This document shows, in pieces, positions 8,275-18,778 of a stretch of 53,933 bases of DNA. Each line of letters starts with the position of its first letter. Position 1 is the stretch's first letter. The notes under the pieces were generated by a model, which saw only the letters and a list, made by a program, of their open reading frames with translations, did no database searches and was not told where the DNA came from. The position numbers were made by a program, and so were the translations under genes. Source of the stretch: Acidobacteriota bacterium (GTDB lineage Bacteria > Acidobacteriota > Vicinamibacteria > Vicinamibacterales > JAENWD01); contig JBKPSY010000039.1 of assembly GCA_046735235.1 (NCBI GenBank), forward strand, positions 1 through 53,933, given 5' to 3'.

Positions 8275-11148
8275 CTATGCCGTCGCCGTCGCCGCGATCT
8301 TCTCGATGACGAACACCTCGATGTGATCGCCGACCTTGAGGTCGTTGTACCGATCGAGGCCGATGCCGCATTCGAAGCCGGACCGCACTTCGGACACGTC
8401 GTCCTTGAAGCGGCGGAGCGAGGTGATCTTGCCTTCGAAGACCACGACGTTGTCGCGCACCAGGCGGGCCTGCGCGTCGCCCGAGCGGATGATGCGCCCG
8501 TCGGTGACCATGCAGCCGGCAATCGTGCCGATCTTGGGGACCTTGAAGATCTCGCGGACCTCTGCCGTCCCGAGCCGCTGCTCCTTGAGCGTCGGCTCGA
8601 GCAGGCCGGTCATCGCAGCCTTGATCTCGTCGGTCACGGTGTAGATGACCGAGTGCAGCCGGACGTCCACGCTCTCGCGGTCCGCGACTTCTGCGGCGTT
8701 CCGATCCGGCCGGACGTTGAAGCCGATGACGATGGCGTTGCTCGCCGAGGCGAGCAGCACGTCGAACTCGGAGATCGCGCCGACGCCCGAGTGGATGATG
8801 CGAATCCGGACCTTGTCGTCGCTCAGCTTCTGCAGCGTGTCGGCGAGGACTTCCGCCGAGCCCTGCACGTCGGCCTTCACGATGATCGGCAGGTCCTTCA
8901 CGCTGCCTTCGGCGATCTGCTCCTTGAGCGACTCGAGCGTGAGGCGTCCGCCCTTGGCGCCGAGCGCCTTGTTCTTGGCCTGCTCTTGTCGGAAGTGCGC
9001 GATCTGGCGTGCCTTGGCCGGGTCGGCGACCGCCTGGAAGGTGTCGCCCGGCTGCGGCAGCCCGGTGAGCCCGAGCACTTCGACCGGCGTCGACGGGCCG
9101 GCCTGCTTCGTCGGGTGCCCGCGATCGTCGATGAGCGCGCGTACCTTGCCGACCATCGAGCCGGCGATGAAGTTGTCGCCGACCTTCAGCGTGCCGTCTT
9201 GCACGAGGATCGTCGCCACAGGGCCGCGGCCGCGATCGAGCTTGGCTTCGAGCACGGTGCCCATCGCGCCCTTCTGCGGGTTCGCCTTCAACTCGAGGAT
9301 GTCCGACGAGAGCAGGATCATCTCGAGCAGCAGGTCGAGGTTCTGGCGCTTCTTCGCCGAGACGTCCACGGTGACGGTGGTGCCGCCCCAGGCTTCCGGC
9401 ATCAGGCCGAGATCCGCCAGCTCGCGCTTGACGTTGTCGGGGTTCGCGCCCGGCTTGTCGATCTTGTTCACCGCGACGACGATCGGGACGTTGGCCGCCT
9501 TGGCGTGATTGATCGCTTCACGCGTCTGCGGCATGACGCCGTCGTCGGCCGCGACGACGAGGACGACCACGTCGGTCACCTTCGCGCCGCGCGAGCGCAT
9601 CATCGTGAACGCTTCGTGACCCGGCGTGTCGAGGAAGACGATGTTGCGGTCCCCAACCGCGACGTGGTACGCGCCGATGTGCTGCGTGATGCCGCCGGCT
9701 TCGCGCTCCGCCACCTTGGTCTCGCGAATCGCGTCGAGCAGTGTCGTCTTGCCGTGGTCGACGTGGCCCATGACCGTGACGACGGGCGCGCGCGCCACGA
9801 CGTCCTCGGGGTTGCTGTCGCCGGCCTCGACGTCGACCATTTCCTCTTCGAACGTGCGCATCTGCACGTCGGCGCCGAACTCTCGCGCGATGGTCGTGGC
9901 GCTCTCGCTGTCGAGGGTGGAGTTGATGGTCATCATCTTCCCCTTCTCGAGCAGCTTCTTGAGCACGTCCTTGACCTTGGCCTCGAGCTTGTCGGCCAGG
10001 TCCTTGACGGTCATCCCTTCGGCGAGCGTGATCGCCTTGGTGATGGGAGGCGGCGCGATCGTCGTGGGCATGGACGACCGATCCGTGGGCCGCGACGAGG
10101 TGCGGCGACCCGAGCTGGAGCCCGGGCGGTGGTACTGGGGCGGCCGATAGCCGCCCGGCTGGCCGGGGCCTCCCGGACGCTGGCCCGGCATGCCCGGACG
10201 CGGCGGCATTCCCGGACGCTGGCCGTATCCGGGTTGACCCGGCGTCTGCGTGCGCACAGGCTGCGACGGCAGCGGCCGTGGTCCTCCAAGCGGTGCGGGC
10301 GGGTAGCTGGGTCGGGGACCACCGGGCGGGGCCGGGCGCGGGGGCAGGGTGCCCGGGCGCGGCGGCGCTACGGTCGGTGTTCCGGTGCGGGCTGCTGGCC
10401 CCACGATTCCCGGCTTGGCGCTCGGAGCGGCCGGTTTGGCCTGCACGGGCGGTTGAACGATCGGACGGCGCGGCGTGACCGGCGGCAGCGACGGACCGGT
10501 CGTGACGCCGCCTTCTTCGACGCGCAGGCGCAGCTTCGAACCGACGACGCGGCCCGACGCGAGGGCGGCGGGCGCCTGCGAGGCCGGCGTTTCCGTGCGA
10601 GCGGCAATCTCAGGCTCGCTGACTTCGGGCGCGATCGATTCGGCGTCGTCCTGGACGGAATGGGGCTCGGTCTCGGCCACCGGGGCCTCGACGACGGGCT
10701 CGTTCGGAATGTCGACGGCTTCCCGGGCCGCTTCGACTGCCTCGGGCTCGAAGGCCTCGAGTGTCTCGTCGACCGGCAGTTCGGCAAGGGCGTCGGCGGC
10801 CGCGGCAGCGCGCTCGGCTTCGTGAATCGCCTTGGCCGCCTTGACCAGGCGCGGCGGTCCGAGCGTCGGCGCGGCGGGCTTGGCCGGCTCCGGCGCGCCC
10901 TTCTTGGCCAGCGTCGGCTTCTTCGGCGCCGGACGGGCGGCTGCGCCTTCGGCGAACAGATCACCGCTCGGCAGCGTGATGCCGCGCTGACGGGCGAGCC
11001 GATCGACGAACTGCCGTCCCACCACCTCTTCGATGGTGCTCGACGCGCTCTTCACCTCGATGCCATGATCGCGCTTGAGCAGCGCCATCACCTCTTGGCT
11101 GGTGGTACCGAGCAGTTCCGCGACCTTGTAAATCCGAACTGTGGACAA
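8275..11148 (-). CDS. infB: translation initiation factor IF-2
   Basis: G-domain motifs [20 protein letters not shown] and NKIDK, plus a long Pro/Gly-rich N-terminal linker. Apparent TTG start at 11148 preceded by GAGG. Confidence 0.97.
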   Translation of the reverse strand: MSTVRIYKVAELLGTTSQEVMALLKRDHGIEVKSASSTIEEVVGRQFVDRLARQRGITLPSGDLFAEGAAARPAPKKPTLAKKGAPEPAKPAAPTLGPPRLVKAAKAIHEAERAAAAADALAELPVDETLEAFEPEAVEAAREAVDIPNEPVVEAPVAETEPHSVQDDAESIAPEVSEPEIAARTETPASQAPAALASGRVVGSKLRLRVEEGGVTTGPSLPPVTPRRPIVQPPVQAKPAAPSAKPGIVGPAARTGTPTVAPPRPGTLPPRPAPPGGPRPSYPPAPLGGPRPLPSQPVRTQTPGQPGYGQRPGMPPRPGMPGQRPGGPGQPGGYRPPQYHRPGSSSGRRTSSRPTDRSSMPTTIAPPPITKAITLAEGMTVKDLADKLEAKVKDVLKKLLEKGKMMTINSTLDSESATTIAREFGADVQMRTFEEEMVDVEAGDSNPEDVVARAPVVTVMGHVDHGKTTLLDAIRETKVAEREAGGITQHIGAYHVAVGDRNIVFLDTPGHEAFTMMRSRGAKVTDVVVLVVAADDGVMPQTREAINHAKAANVPIVVAVNKIDKPGANPDNVKRELADLGLMPEAWGGTTVTVDVSAKKRQNLDLLLEMILLSSDILELKANPQKGAMGTVLEAKLDRGRGPVATILVQDGTLKVGDNFIAGSMVGKVRALIDDRGHPTKQAGPSTPVEVLGLTGLPQPGDTFQAVADPAKARQIAHFRQEQAKNKALGAKGGRLTLESLKEQIAEGSVKDLPIIVKADVQGSAEVLADTLQKLSDDKVRIRIIHSGVGAISEFDVLLASASNAIVIGFNVRPDRNAAEVADRESVDVRLHSVIYTVTDEIKAAMTGLLEPTLKEQRLGTAEVREIFKVPKIGTIAGCMVTDGRIIRSGDAQARLVRDNVVVFEGKITSLRRFKDDVSEVRSGFECGIGLDRYNDLKVGDHIEVFVIEKIAATATA

Positions 11149-11191
11149 ACGATTACCTCAATGATGTCGCGACGCGCGTGGCGCGCCGCTA

Positions 11192-12475
<1,284 letters not shown>

Positions 12476-12501
12476 GCTGTCTGGCTGCCTGTGACGCGAG
12501 T

Positions 12502-12981
12502 CTAGAATTCCACGTCGAGGTTGGCGCGCTTGATGCCGTCGATCGGGATTCGGTGCGCTCGTTCTCTCTTGCCGACGAGGATCACGACCTCGCCGCCCTC
12601 GACGCCCTGGATGCGGCCGTTGAAAAACGTCTGGCCGTCGACCGGCTGCTCGAGCACGAGCTTGGCCAGGCGGCCCACGAATCGCCGGTAGTCGGCTTCG
12701 TGCCGGAGCGCACGATCGAGCCCCGGCGAGGTGACTTCCAGCGTGTACGCCCGATCGAGCGGGTCTTCGACGTCCAGGATCGTGCTCAGCTCACGGCTCA
12801 CGAGCGAGCAGTCCCCGATGCCGACGCTCTCTTCGGGCGTTGCCGCCGGACCGGGCCGGTCGATGGTCACGCGGACCACCCAGCCGACCGATTCGCGCGT
12901 CAGTTGCACGTCCACGAGCTCGAGGCCATGCGCCCCGACGACCCGTTCGGCCGTGGCCCTGATTTGTGACAGCGCGTCCAT
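12502..12981 (-). CDS. rimP: ribosome maturation factor RimP
   Basis: 159 aa immediately upstream of nusA. RimP-like sequence (GLELVDVQL ... YTLEVTSPGLDRAL). Confidence 0.88.
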   Translation of the reverse strand: MDALSQIRATAERVVGAHGLELVDVQLTRESVGWVVRVTIDRPGPAATPEESVGIGDCSLVSRELSTILDVEDPLDRAYTLEVTSPGLDRALRHEADYRRFVGRLAKLVLEQPVDGQTFFNGRIQGVEGGEVVILVGKRERAHRIPIDGIKRANLDVEF

Positions 12982-12998
12982 CCGGCGGAAGTGCCCCT

Positions 12999-13026
12999 AA
13001 AACAAAAAAGTGGGCCAAAGCCCACT
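12999..13026 (-). terminator. intrinsic-terminator-like hairpin in the rimP-nusA-infB leader (candidate attenuator)
   Basis: Minus strand reads AGUGGGC-UUUG-GCCCACU followed by UUUUUUGUUUU. The U tract ends 17 nt before the rimP ATG. Confidence 0.6.
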
Positions 13027-13060
13027 CAGGTTGCCCTTTGGGACGTATTTGTAACTCCCG

Positions 13061-13070
13061 ATATTAGCAC
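13061..13070 (-). promoter_or_regulatory. extended -10-like element GTGCTAATAT just downstream of the rimO stop
   Basis: TGnTAATAT pattern on the minus strand, about 80 nt upstream of the rimP ATG. A near-identical CGTGCTATTAT lies upstream of the GGDEF gene. Confidence 0.3.
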
Positions 13071-13073
13071 GGA

Positions 13074-14510
13074 TCAGGCCGGCCTCACCAGCAGGTCATA
13101 CCCCTGGGCTCCGACCACTTCGCCCTCGACCAGCTGCCCTGCGGCGTAGGCCGACGGGTCGCATTCGGTGAGGTAGACCAGCGGGTCGATGTCGGGGGCC
13201 TGGGACGCCAGGCGTCCCCTCAGGACGAGCTCGTGGTCGGCGGACGGGCCGTCCACCATGACCCGCACGCGCTGGCCGACCCGGGCCTGCTGGGCCTGCG
13301 CCACGATGGCGGCCTGCGTCGCCATCAGCCGGTCACGGCGCTTCCGCTTGACCGACGCCGGGACATCGTCGTCCCACTCCCCGGCGCGGGTGCCCTCTTC
13401 GTGCGAATACGTGAACACGCCGACGTGGTCGAACCCGACGGCGCTGACAAATCCGCTCAGCTCGTCGAAGTCGGCCTCGGTCTCGCCCGGGAACCCGACG
13501 ATGAACGTGGTGCGGAGGGAGACGTCCGGAATCCGCGTCCGGATGTTGCTGAGCAGCGTCTCATACGACTTGCGCGTGCCCGGACGGCGCATGCGCTTCA
13601 AGACGGCGTCCGAGGCATGCTGCAGCGGCAGGTCGATGTACTTCACGACCTTTTCGCACTCGGCCATGGCGTCGATCATCCCGGCGTCGATGGTCGTCGG
13701 GTACAGGTAAAGCAACCGAATCCATTGGATGCCGGCGACGCCGTTCAGGCGCCGCAGCAGGCGGCCGAGGGCGCCTCGCTCGCCGAGGTCGTTGCCGTAG
13801 AAGGTCGTGTCCTGCGAGATGAGCAGCAGCTCCTTCACGCCGCGCGCGCCCAGTTGCTCGGCTTCGCGCACGATCTCGTCGGCCGAGCGCGACCGGTACT
13901 GGCCGCGAAGGCGCGGGATGATGCAGAAGGCGCAGGTGTAGTCACAGCCCTCCGCGACCTTCACGTACGCGTAGTGCTTCGGCGTCGCCAGATGGCGCGG
14001 CGTCTGCGCATCGTAGATGTAGGTCGGCAGTTCCGTGCGCGAGCCAAGCGGTTGATGTTTCGCCCGAGGCCTGTCCCCCGTACCGGTACTTGTACTGGTA
14101 CGAGATCTATACAGTGTCACTGGTACTGTACCGGGGACAGTCCCCAGATCGGGTTTCGCCTCGGCGGCGGGCGCCAGAGCGTCGACGATGTCCGGAACTT
14201 CACCGGTGCCGAGCACCGCGTCGATCTCCGGGATCTGCGCCTGCAGTTCGTCGCGATACCGCTCCGCGAGACAGCCGGTGACGATCAGGCGTTTGCAGGC
14301 GCCCGTCTTCTTCAGCTCCGCCATCTCCAGGATCGTGTCGATCGATTCCTGCTTGGCGCGATCGATGAAGGCACAGGTGTTGACGACGAGCACCTCGGCC
14401 TCGCGCGCGTCCGGCGTCAAGGTGTGCCCGGCCTGCTCGGTGAGCCCCAGCATCACCTCGGAGTCGACGAGGTTCTTGGGGCAGCCGAGCGAAATCATTC
14501 CGACTTTCAT
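13074..14510 (-). CDS. rimO: ribosomal protein S12 methylthiotransferase RimO
   Basis: MTTase N-domain SLGCPKNLVDSE, radical-SAM CDYTCAFCIIP, and a TRAM-like C-terminus. The linker carries an extra low-complexity segment (see findings). Confidence 0.9.
   Translation of the reverse strand: MKVGMISLGCPKNLVDSEVMLGLTEQAGHTLTPDAREAEVLVVNTCAFIDRAKQESIDTILEMAELKKTGACKRLIVTGCLAERYRDELQAQIPEIDAVLGTGEVPDIVDALAPAAEAKPDLGTVPGTVPVTLYRSRTSTSTGTGDRPRAKHQPLGSRTELPTYIYDAQTPRHLATPKHYAYVKVAEGCDYTCAFCIIPRLRGQYRSRSADEIVREAEQLGARGVKELLLISQDTTFYGNDLGERGALGRLLRRLNGVAGIQWIRLLYLYPTTIDAGMIDAMAECEKVVKYIDLPLQHASDAVLKRMRRPGTRKSYETLLSNIRTRIPDVSLRTTFIVGFPGETEADFDELSGFVSAVGFDHVGVFTYSHEEGTRAGEWDDDVPASVKRKRRDRLMATQAAIVAQAQQARVGQRVRVMVDGPSADHELVLRGRLASQAPDIDPLVYLTECDPSAYAAGQLVEGEVVGAQGYDLLVRPA
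14071..14140. repeat. low-GC GTAC-rich imperfect palindrome inside the rimO coding sequence
   Basis: CTGTCCCCCGTACCGGTAC ... GTACTGTACCGGGGACAG inverted arms. Four tandem GTACNN hexamers (14080-14103) and six GTAC sites in about 52 nt. The segment is in frame. Confidence 0.7.
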
Positions 14511-14531
14511 CAGACTTCGGACTCCAGACTA
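14511..14531. repeat. heptamer array CAGACTT CGGACTC CAGACTA filling the asnS-rimO spacer
   Basis: Read directly. It spans from the rimO start codon to the asnS stop codon. Confidence 0.65.
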
Positions 14532-15818
14532 CGGGTAAAGCCGGTACAGCATACGCGGGTACGGAATCGTCTCCCGGACGTGCTCCAGGCCGCAGACCCA
14601 GGCCACCACACGCTCGATGCCCATGCCGAACCCGCCATGGGGCACTGAGCCGTACTTGCGCAGGTCGAGATACCACTCGAACGCTTCGCGCGGCAGCTTG
14701 TGCTCGTCGATGCGCTGCAGCAGCAGGTCGTAGTCGTCGAGACGCTCGCCGCCCCCGATGATCTCGCCGTAGCCTTCCGGCGCGAGCACGTCCACGCACA
14801 GCGCCTTGTCGGGCTGTACGGGATCGGGCTTCATGTAGAACGCCTTGATGGCCGCCGGATACCGATGCACCGCGACCGGCCGGTCGTACTGCTCCGACAG
14901 GACCGTCTCGTCGCCGCCGCCGAGATCGGTGCCGTACTGGAACGGCTGCCCCTTCTCGACCAGGATCTTCGCGGCCTCGTCGTACGATACGCGCGGGAAT
15001 GGCGCCTTCACTTGTTCGAGCTTCGCGGTGTTCCGCTCGAGCGTCTTCAACTCCCGCTCGCGGCGATCCAGCACGCGGCTCACGACGTGGACGACCAGCC
15101 CTTCCGCCAGCTCGATGACGTCGTCGAGCGTCGCATAGGCGACCTCCGGTTCGACCATCCAGAACTCGGTGAGATGGCGGCGGGTTTTCGACTTCTCGGC
15201 ACGGAACGTAGGCCCGAAGCAGTACACGCGGCCAAGCGCCATGGCATTCGCTTCGTTGTAGAGCTGTCCGCTCTGCGTGAGATAGGCCGTGGTGTCTTCG
15301 AAGTACTGCACCGGAAACAGCGTCGTCGTGCCCTCGCACGCGGCCGGCGTGAAGACCGGCGTGTCGGCGAGGATGAAGTCGCGCTCGTTGAAATAGTCGC
15401 GGACGGCGTTGATGACCTCGTGGCGGACGCGGAGGATCGCCTGCTGGCGCGGGCTCCTGATCCACAAGTGCCGGCGATCGAGCAGGAAGTCCACGCCGTG
15501 TTCCTTCGGCGTGATGGGGAAGTCGTGGGCCTCGCTGTGGACCTGCAGGCCGGTCGCGTCGATCTCGTAGCCACCCGGGGCGCGCGCGTCGGCGCGGACG
15601 GTGCCGGTCACCGACAGCGACGTCTCCTGCGAAAGGTGATCGGCCTGCTTGAAGAGGTCCTCGCCGACGGCGGCCTTCGACATCACCGCCTGGATGAAGC
15701 CGCTGCCGTCGCGGAGCTGCAGGAAGTGAATCTTGCCGCTCGAACGGCGGTTGTGCAGCCAGCCCCTGATGGTGACCGTCTCGCCCTCGTGCTTCGCGAT
15801 GTCCTGGATGTAGGTCAT
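14529..15818 (-). CDS. asnS: asparagine--tRNA ligase
   Basis: Class II motifs [21 protein letters not shown] and [13 protein letters not shown] 15818 (MTYIQD) overlaps the upstream stop (ATGA). Confidence 0.9.
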   Translation of the reverse strand: MTYIQDIAKHEGETVTIRGWLHNRRSSGKIHFLQLRDGSGFIQAVMSKAAVGEDLFKQADHLSQETSLSVTGTVRADARAPGGYEIDATGLQVHSEAHDFPITPKEHGVDFLLDRRHLWIRSPRQQAILRVRHEVINAVRDYFNERDFILADTPVFTPAACEGTTTLFPVQYFEDTTAYLTQSGQLYNEANAMALGRVYCFGPTFRAEKSKTRRHLTEFWMVEPEVAYATLDDVIELAEGLVVHVVSRVLDRRERELKTLERNTAKLEQVKAPFPRVSYDEAAKILVEKGQPFQYGTDLGGGDETVLSEQYDRPVAVHRYPAAIKAFYMKPDPVQPDKALCVDVLAPEGYGEIIGGGERLDDYDLLLQRIDEHKLPREAFEWYLDLRKYGSVPHGGFGMGIERVVAWVCGLEHVRETIPYPRMLYRLYP

Positions 15819-16651
15819 GACGTCAACAGCTCTTCGATCCTGTCGCGCGCCCGTGCCGCGCGCTCGAGCACGAAGCGTGGGTCGGCGCCCACGAGCTCGA
15901 ATACCCACGTGCCTTCGTATCCAATCTTCCGAAAGGCCATCAGCACGGTCGGCCAGTCGATAGCGCCGGTGAATGGCACCTGGTGCGAGTCGGCGCGCCC
16001 GTCGTTGTCGTGCAGGTGCGTCGCGATGACGTAGCCGCCGGCGATCTCCACGGCCTCTGACACGTCGCCCAGGATGTTCGCGTGCCCGGTGTCGAGACAG
16101 AGTCCCAGCCGCTCGAGGTCGAGCTCGCCTTCGAGCAAATCCACCAGCGACTGCGCGTCGCCCAGACGGTTCGGAATCACCTCGAGGGCCAGCCGGACGC
16201 CGAGCGGTTCGGCCACCGCGTGCAATTCCTCCACGCTTCGGACCAACGCGTCGGTCCGGTTGTCTTTGGCGGACGGCTGCTGCGCCGCCGGTATCCCCGG
16301 GTGCAGCACGACGAGGGGCGCTCCCAGGCGATAGGCCGCACGAATGGCGGCTGCTGTCTCCTCGACGGCCTGCCTTCGGGCGCTCTCCTCACCGTGCGCG
16401 ATCGAGTACGACGGACCCCAGACGCCGTCGCGATACGACTCGGTCGTCGGCGCGTGCACCGCGTGCAACCGCAGGCGCGCATCCTTCAAGTGCCCCTCCA
16501 CGCCGATCACCGCCTGCTCGTCGTGGTAGTCGAAGTGCGTGCGCGTCGCGTAGATCTCGACCGTCTCGAACCCATGCGCCGCAATTTCGACGAGATGGTC
16601 ACGATCGAGCCGCGCGCCGTGATAGAGGTGCGTAGAGACGCCGAACTGCAT
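15815..16651 (-). CDS. sugar phosphate isomerase/epimerase (xylose isomerase-like TIM barrel)
   Basis: Family-typical pattern ([11 protein letters not shown] ... VVLHPG ... LALEVIPN ... CLDTGHAN ... THLHDN). ATG 16651 is preferred; a TTG at 16660 is the alternative. Confidence 0.75.
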   Translation of the reverse strand: MQFGVSTHLYHGARLDRDHLVEIAAHGFETVEIYATRTHFDYHDEQAVIGVEGHLKDARLRLHAVHAPTTESYRDGVWGPSYSIAHGEESARRQAVEETAAAIRAAYRLGAPLVVLHPGIPAAQQPSAKDNRTDALVRSVEELHAVAEPLGVRLALEVIPNRLGDAQSLVDLLEGELDLERLGLCLDTGHANILGDVSEAVEIAGGYVIATHLHDNDGRADSHQVPFTGAIDWPTVLMAFRKIGYEGTWVFELVGADPRFVLERAARARDRIEELLTS

Positions 16652-16671
16652 GGGAGGCAAACAACTAGTCT

Positions 16672-16806
16672 ACAGGTCCATGGGCGCATGGGTCCATGGG
16701 TCCATAGGGATCCTGGTGCATGGGTCCAGGATTGCTGGGCGCTCACTCGTGGCCCCATGGACCCATGGACCCATGGACCCATGGGCCTATGGACTCATGG
16801 ACCTGT
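16672..16806. repeat. long hairpin made of inverted tandem arrays of the octamer GTCCATGG / CCATGGAC
   Basis: About 7 units on the left arm, a loop of about 20 nt, and 6-7 reverse-complement units on the right arm. The terminal ACAGGTCCATG / CATGGACCTGT sequences pair. Confidence 0.85.
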
Positions 16807-16808
16807 CG

Positions 16809-17834
16809 CTATCGCACCTCCGTCATCACCTCGCCGAGCAACTCGCGCAGGCGGGCGAACCGCTTGTGTCGCGCGAGGTTCTTCTGGACGTGGCGGATGG
16901 TGCGGGGAATGTATTGGATGTAAACGGGGTTCCGTCGGACGCTCGTCTGGTAGCCGAACGTCCCGAGCGCTTTCAGGTTCCGCTGCAGCGCCATCACGTC
17001 GAACCGCGTCCGATACTCACGCTCCCAGGTCAGGAACCCCGCCTGAGGGGTGCCACTGGGCCGCTTGAGCGCGATGAAGTAGGCAATCAGCTCGTCCACC
17101 GCCGACTCGGTGAGATCGACATACGAGTCGCGCACGAGCGAGACGAGATCGTAGGTGTCAGGCCCGAGCCGCGCGTCCTGGAAGTCGATGATGTAAAGCT
17201 CGCCGCGGTGCAGCATCAGGTTGCGGCTGTGATAGTCGCGGTGACAGAGCACCCGTGGCTCGGCGGCCAATTCCTCCGCCAGGACGCGCCATTCAGCGGC
17301 GAGCGCCGTTCGCGCCGGTGCCGGAATCATTGCGCCTCGGTACGCCTCGAGGTAGTGCTTGGTGAAGAACTCGAGCTCCCACAGCAGCTTCTCGACGTCA
17401 AAGGCAATTCCGTAGGGCGGATAGGCCGGCGAAGCCAGTTCCGCGCCGCGCCGCTGCATCGCCTCGATGAACGAAACGGCCTGGCGATAAAGACGATTGT
17501 GCTCGGCCGACGGCGCCGCCCCGAGATGCGCTTGCAGCGTGACGTCGCCGAGATCTTCGAGGACGAGGAGCCCGAGGTCCCCCGCGCGATCGAGGATGCC
17601 CGGAACGGGCAGCGGCATCGCGCTGAACAGGCCCGCCACGCGCACGAACGGCAGCTGGTCCGCGTCGAAGGGATCCGCATTGAGCGCGATCACGACGGAG
17701 GGTTCCTCGCGCCGCAGCACCCGGAAGTAGCGGCGATCGGACGCGTCGCCGGTCAGCGGCAGGACGCTCGACACCCGCGGCGCCATGCCGCTGCGTTCGA
17801 GATAAGTCCTGATGTTGGCTGGAAGCCCGGTCAT
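16809..17834 (-). CDS. APH/ChoK-family phosphotransferase, AmgK-like (anomeric MurNAc/GlcNAc kinase candidate)
   Basis: LTGDASDRRYFRV, HRDYHSRNLM and IDFQDA kinase motifs. Adjacent to a sugar-1-phosphate nucleotidyltransferase gene. Confidence 0.7.
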   Translation of the reverse strand: MTGLPANIRTYLERSGMAPRVSSVLPLTGDASDRRYFRVLRREEPSVVIALNADPFDADQLPFVRVAGLFSAMPLPVPGILDRAGDLGLLVLEDLGDVTLQAHLGAAPSAEHNRLYRQAVSFIEAMQRRGAELASPAYPPYGIAFDVEKLLWELEFFTKHYLEAYRGAMIPAPARTALAAEWRVLAEELAAEPRVLCHRDYHSRNLMLHRGELYIIDFQDARLGPDTYDLVSLVRDSYVDLTESAVDELIAYFIALKRPSGTPQAGFLTWEREYRTRFDVMALQRNLKALGTFGYQTSVRRNPVYIQYIPRTIRHVQKNLARHKRFARLRELLGEVMTEVR

Positions 17835-17847
17835 CCGCTCGCTCCGT

Positions 17848-18762
17848 TCACCCGATGGCGCTCGACGTCAGGTCGGGCGCGACGACCTGCCCGATGGCCG
17901 TGAATCCAGCCGGGACGCGCGCGCCGCTCATCACAATCGATCGTACCAGACGCGCGCCAGCGGCGATGTCGACGCCGTCCCAGACAACGCTGTCCTCGAC
18001 GTGCGCGTCGGGGTCGACGCGCGCGCCGGCGGCCACCAGACGCGACGGGTCGCCACCGGCGAAATGCAGGCACGCCGCCAGGTAGTCGGCTGGCTTGCCG
18101 ATGTCGTGAAACGCCGCATGAGATCGAAACGCCCGGACGCTGCCAAGCCGGCCGGCAATCAGCGCGGGATAAATGCGGCCGACGCTTTCGTCGGCGACGC
18201 CGTCTTGCAGCGCCTCGAAGGCCTCGCGCTCCGCGATCTGCACCCCGATGAAATGCCAGGACGGCCCTTGTCCGCGCGGCACGAACCCGGTGACGGCATC
18301 TCCGTCGAGCGTGGCGCCGCCGTAACGATTCGTATCCGGATTCGGGATCACCGCCATCGTCACGAGCGCGTCGGATCTCGCGTGGGCCGCCGCCATCGCG
18401 TCGAGCGGGACGTCGCAGAGCGTGTCGCCGTTGACGAGCCAGAGACGATCGGCGGACGTCAGCGCGAACGCGCGCCGCGGGCCGCCGGCAGATCCCAGGA
18501 TCGGCTGCTCCCATGAATAGCGCACTCGCACGCCGAGCCCGGCGCCGTCGCCGAGAAGCGCGGCGATGGTCTCGGGCCGGTAGTGCAGGTTCACGAGCAG
18601 ATCGCGAATGCCCGCGTCCGCGAGCCAACCGGTGACGCGCTCGATCAGCGACGGTCCGGCGACGGGCAGCGACGGCTTCGCGCGCGACGAGGTGAGGGGA
18701 CGGAGGCGCGTGCCGAGACCGGCCGCGAGCACGAGCGCCTCGTCGGGCGCGGACCGGGCCAT
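17848..18762 (-). CDS. sugar-1-phosphate nucleotidyltransferase, MurU-like, with a C-terminal hexapeptide-repeat region
   Basis: LAAGLGTRLRPLT glycine-rich loop and an LbH-like C-terminus (VEDSVVWDGVDIAAGARLVRSIVMSGARV). Confidence 0.7.
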   Translation of the reverse strand: MARSAPDEALVLAAGLGTRLRPLTSSRAKPSLPVAGPSLIERVTGWLADAGIRDLLVNLHYRPETIAALLGDGAGLGVRVRYSWEQPILGSAGGPRRAFALTSADRLWLVNGDTLCDVPLDAMAAAHARSDALVTMAVIPNPDTNRYGGATLDGDAVTGFVPRGQGPSWHFIGVQIAEREAFEALQDGVADESVGRIYPALIAGRLGSVRAFRSHAAFHDIGKPADYLAACLHFAGGDPSRLVAAGARVDPDAHVEDSVVWDGVDIAAGARLVRSIVMSGARVPAGFTAIGQVVAPDLTSSAIG

Positions 18763-18778
18763 CAGCAGCGGACGGGCG

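Noticed and set aside
16672-16806. Possibility that the octamer or heptamer arrays are CRISPR arrays
   Set aside because: The units are 7-8 nt with no unique spacers, the arrays are under 140 nt, and no cas genes are in the window.
16650-16923. ORFs encoding PWTHGPMD / MGPWVHGSMG-type repeat peptides (16650..17903 N-terminus, 16720..16923, 16507..16782; also 49815..50045)
   Set aside because: They are read-throughs of the 8-nt-period GTCCATGG arrays. An 8-nt unit cannot be a conserved coding repeat, and the ORFs overlap real genes.
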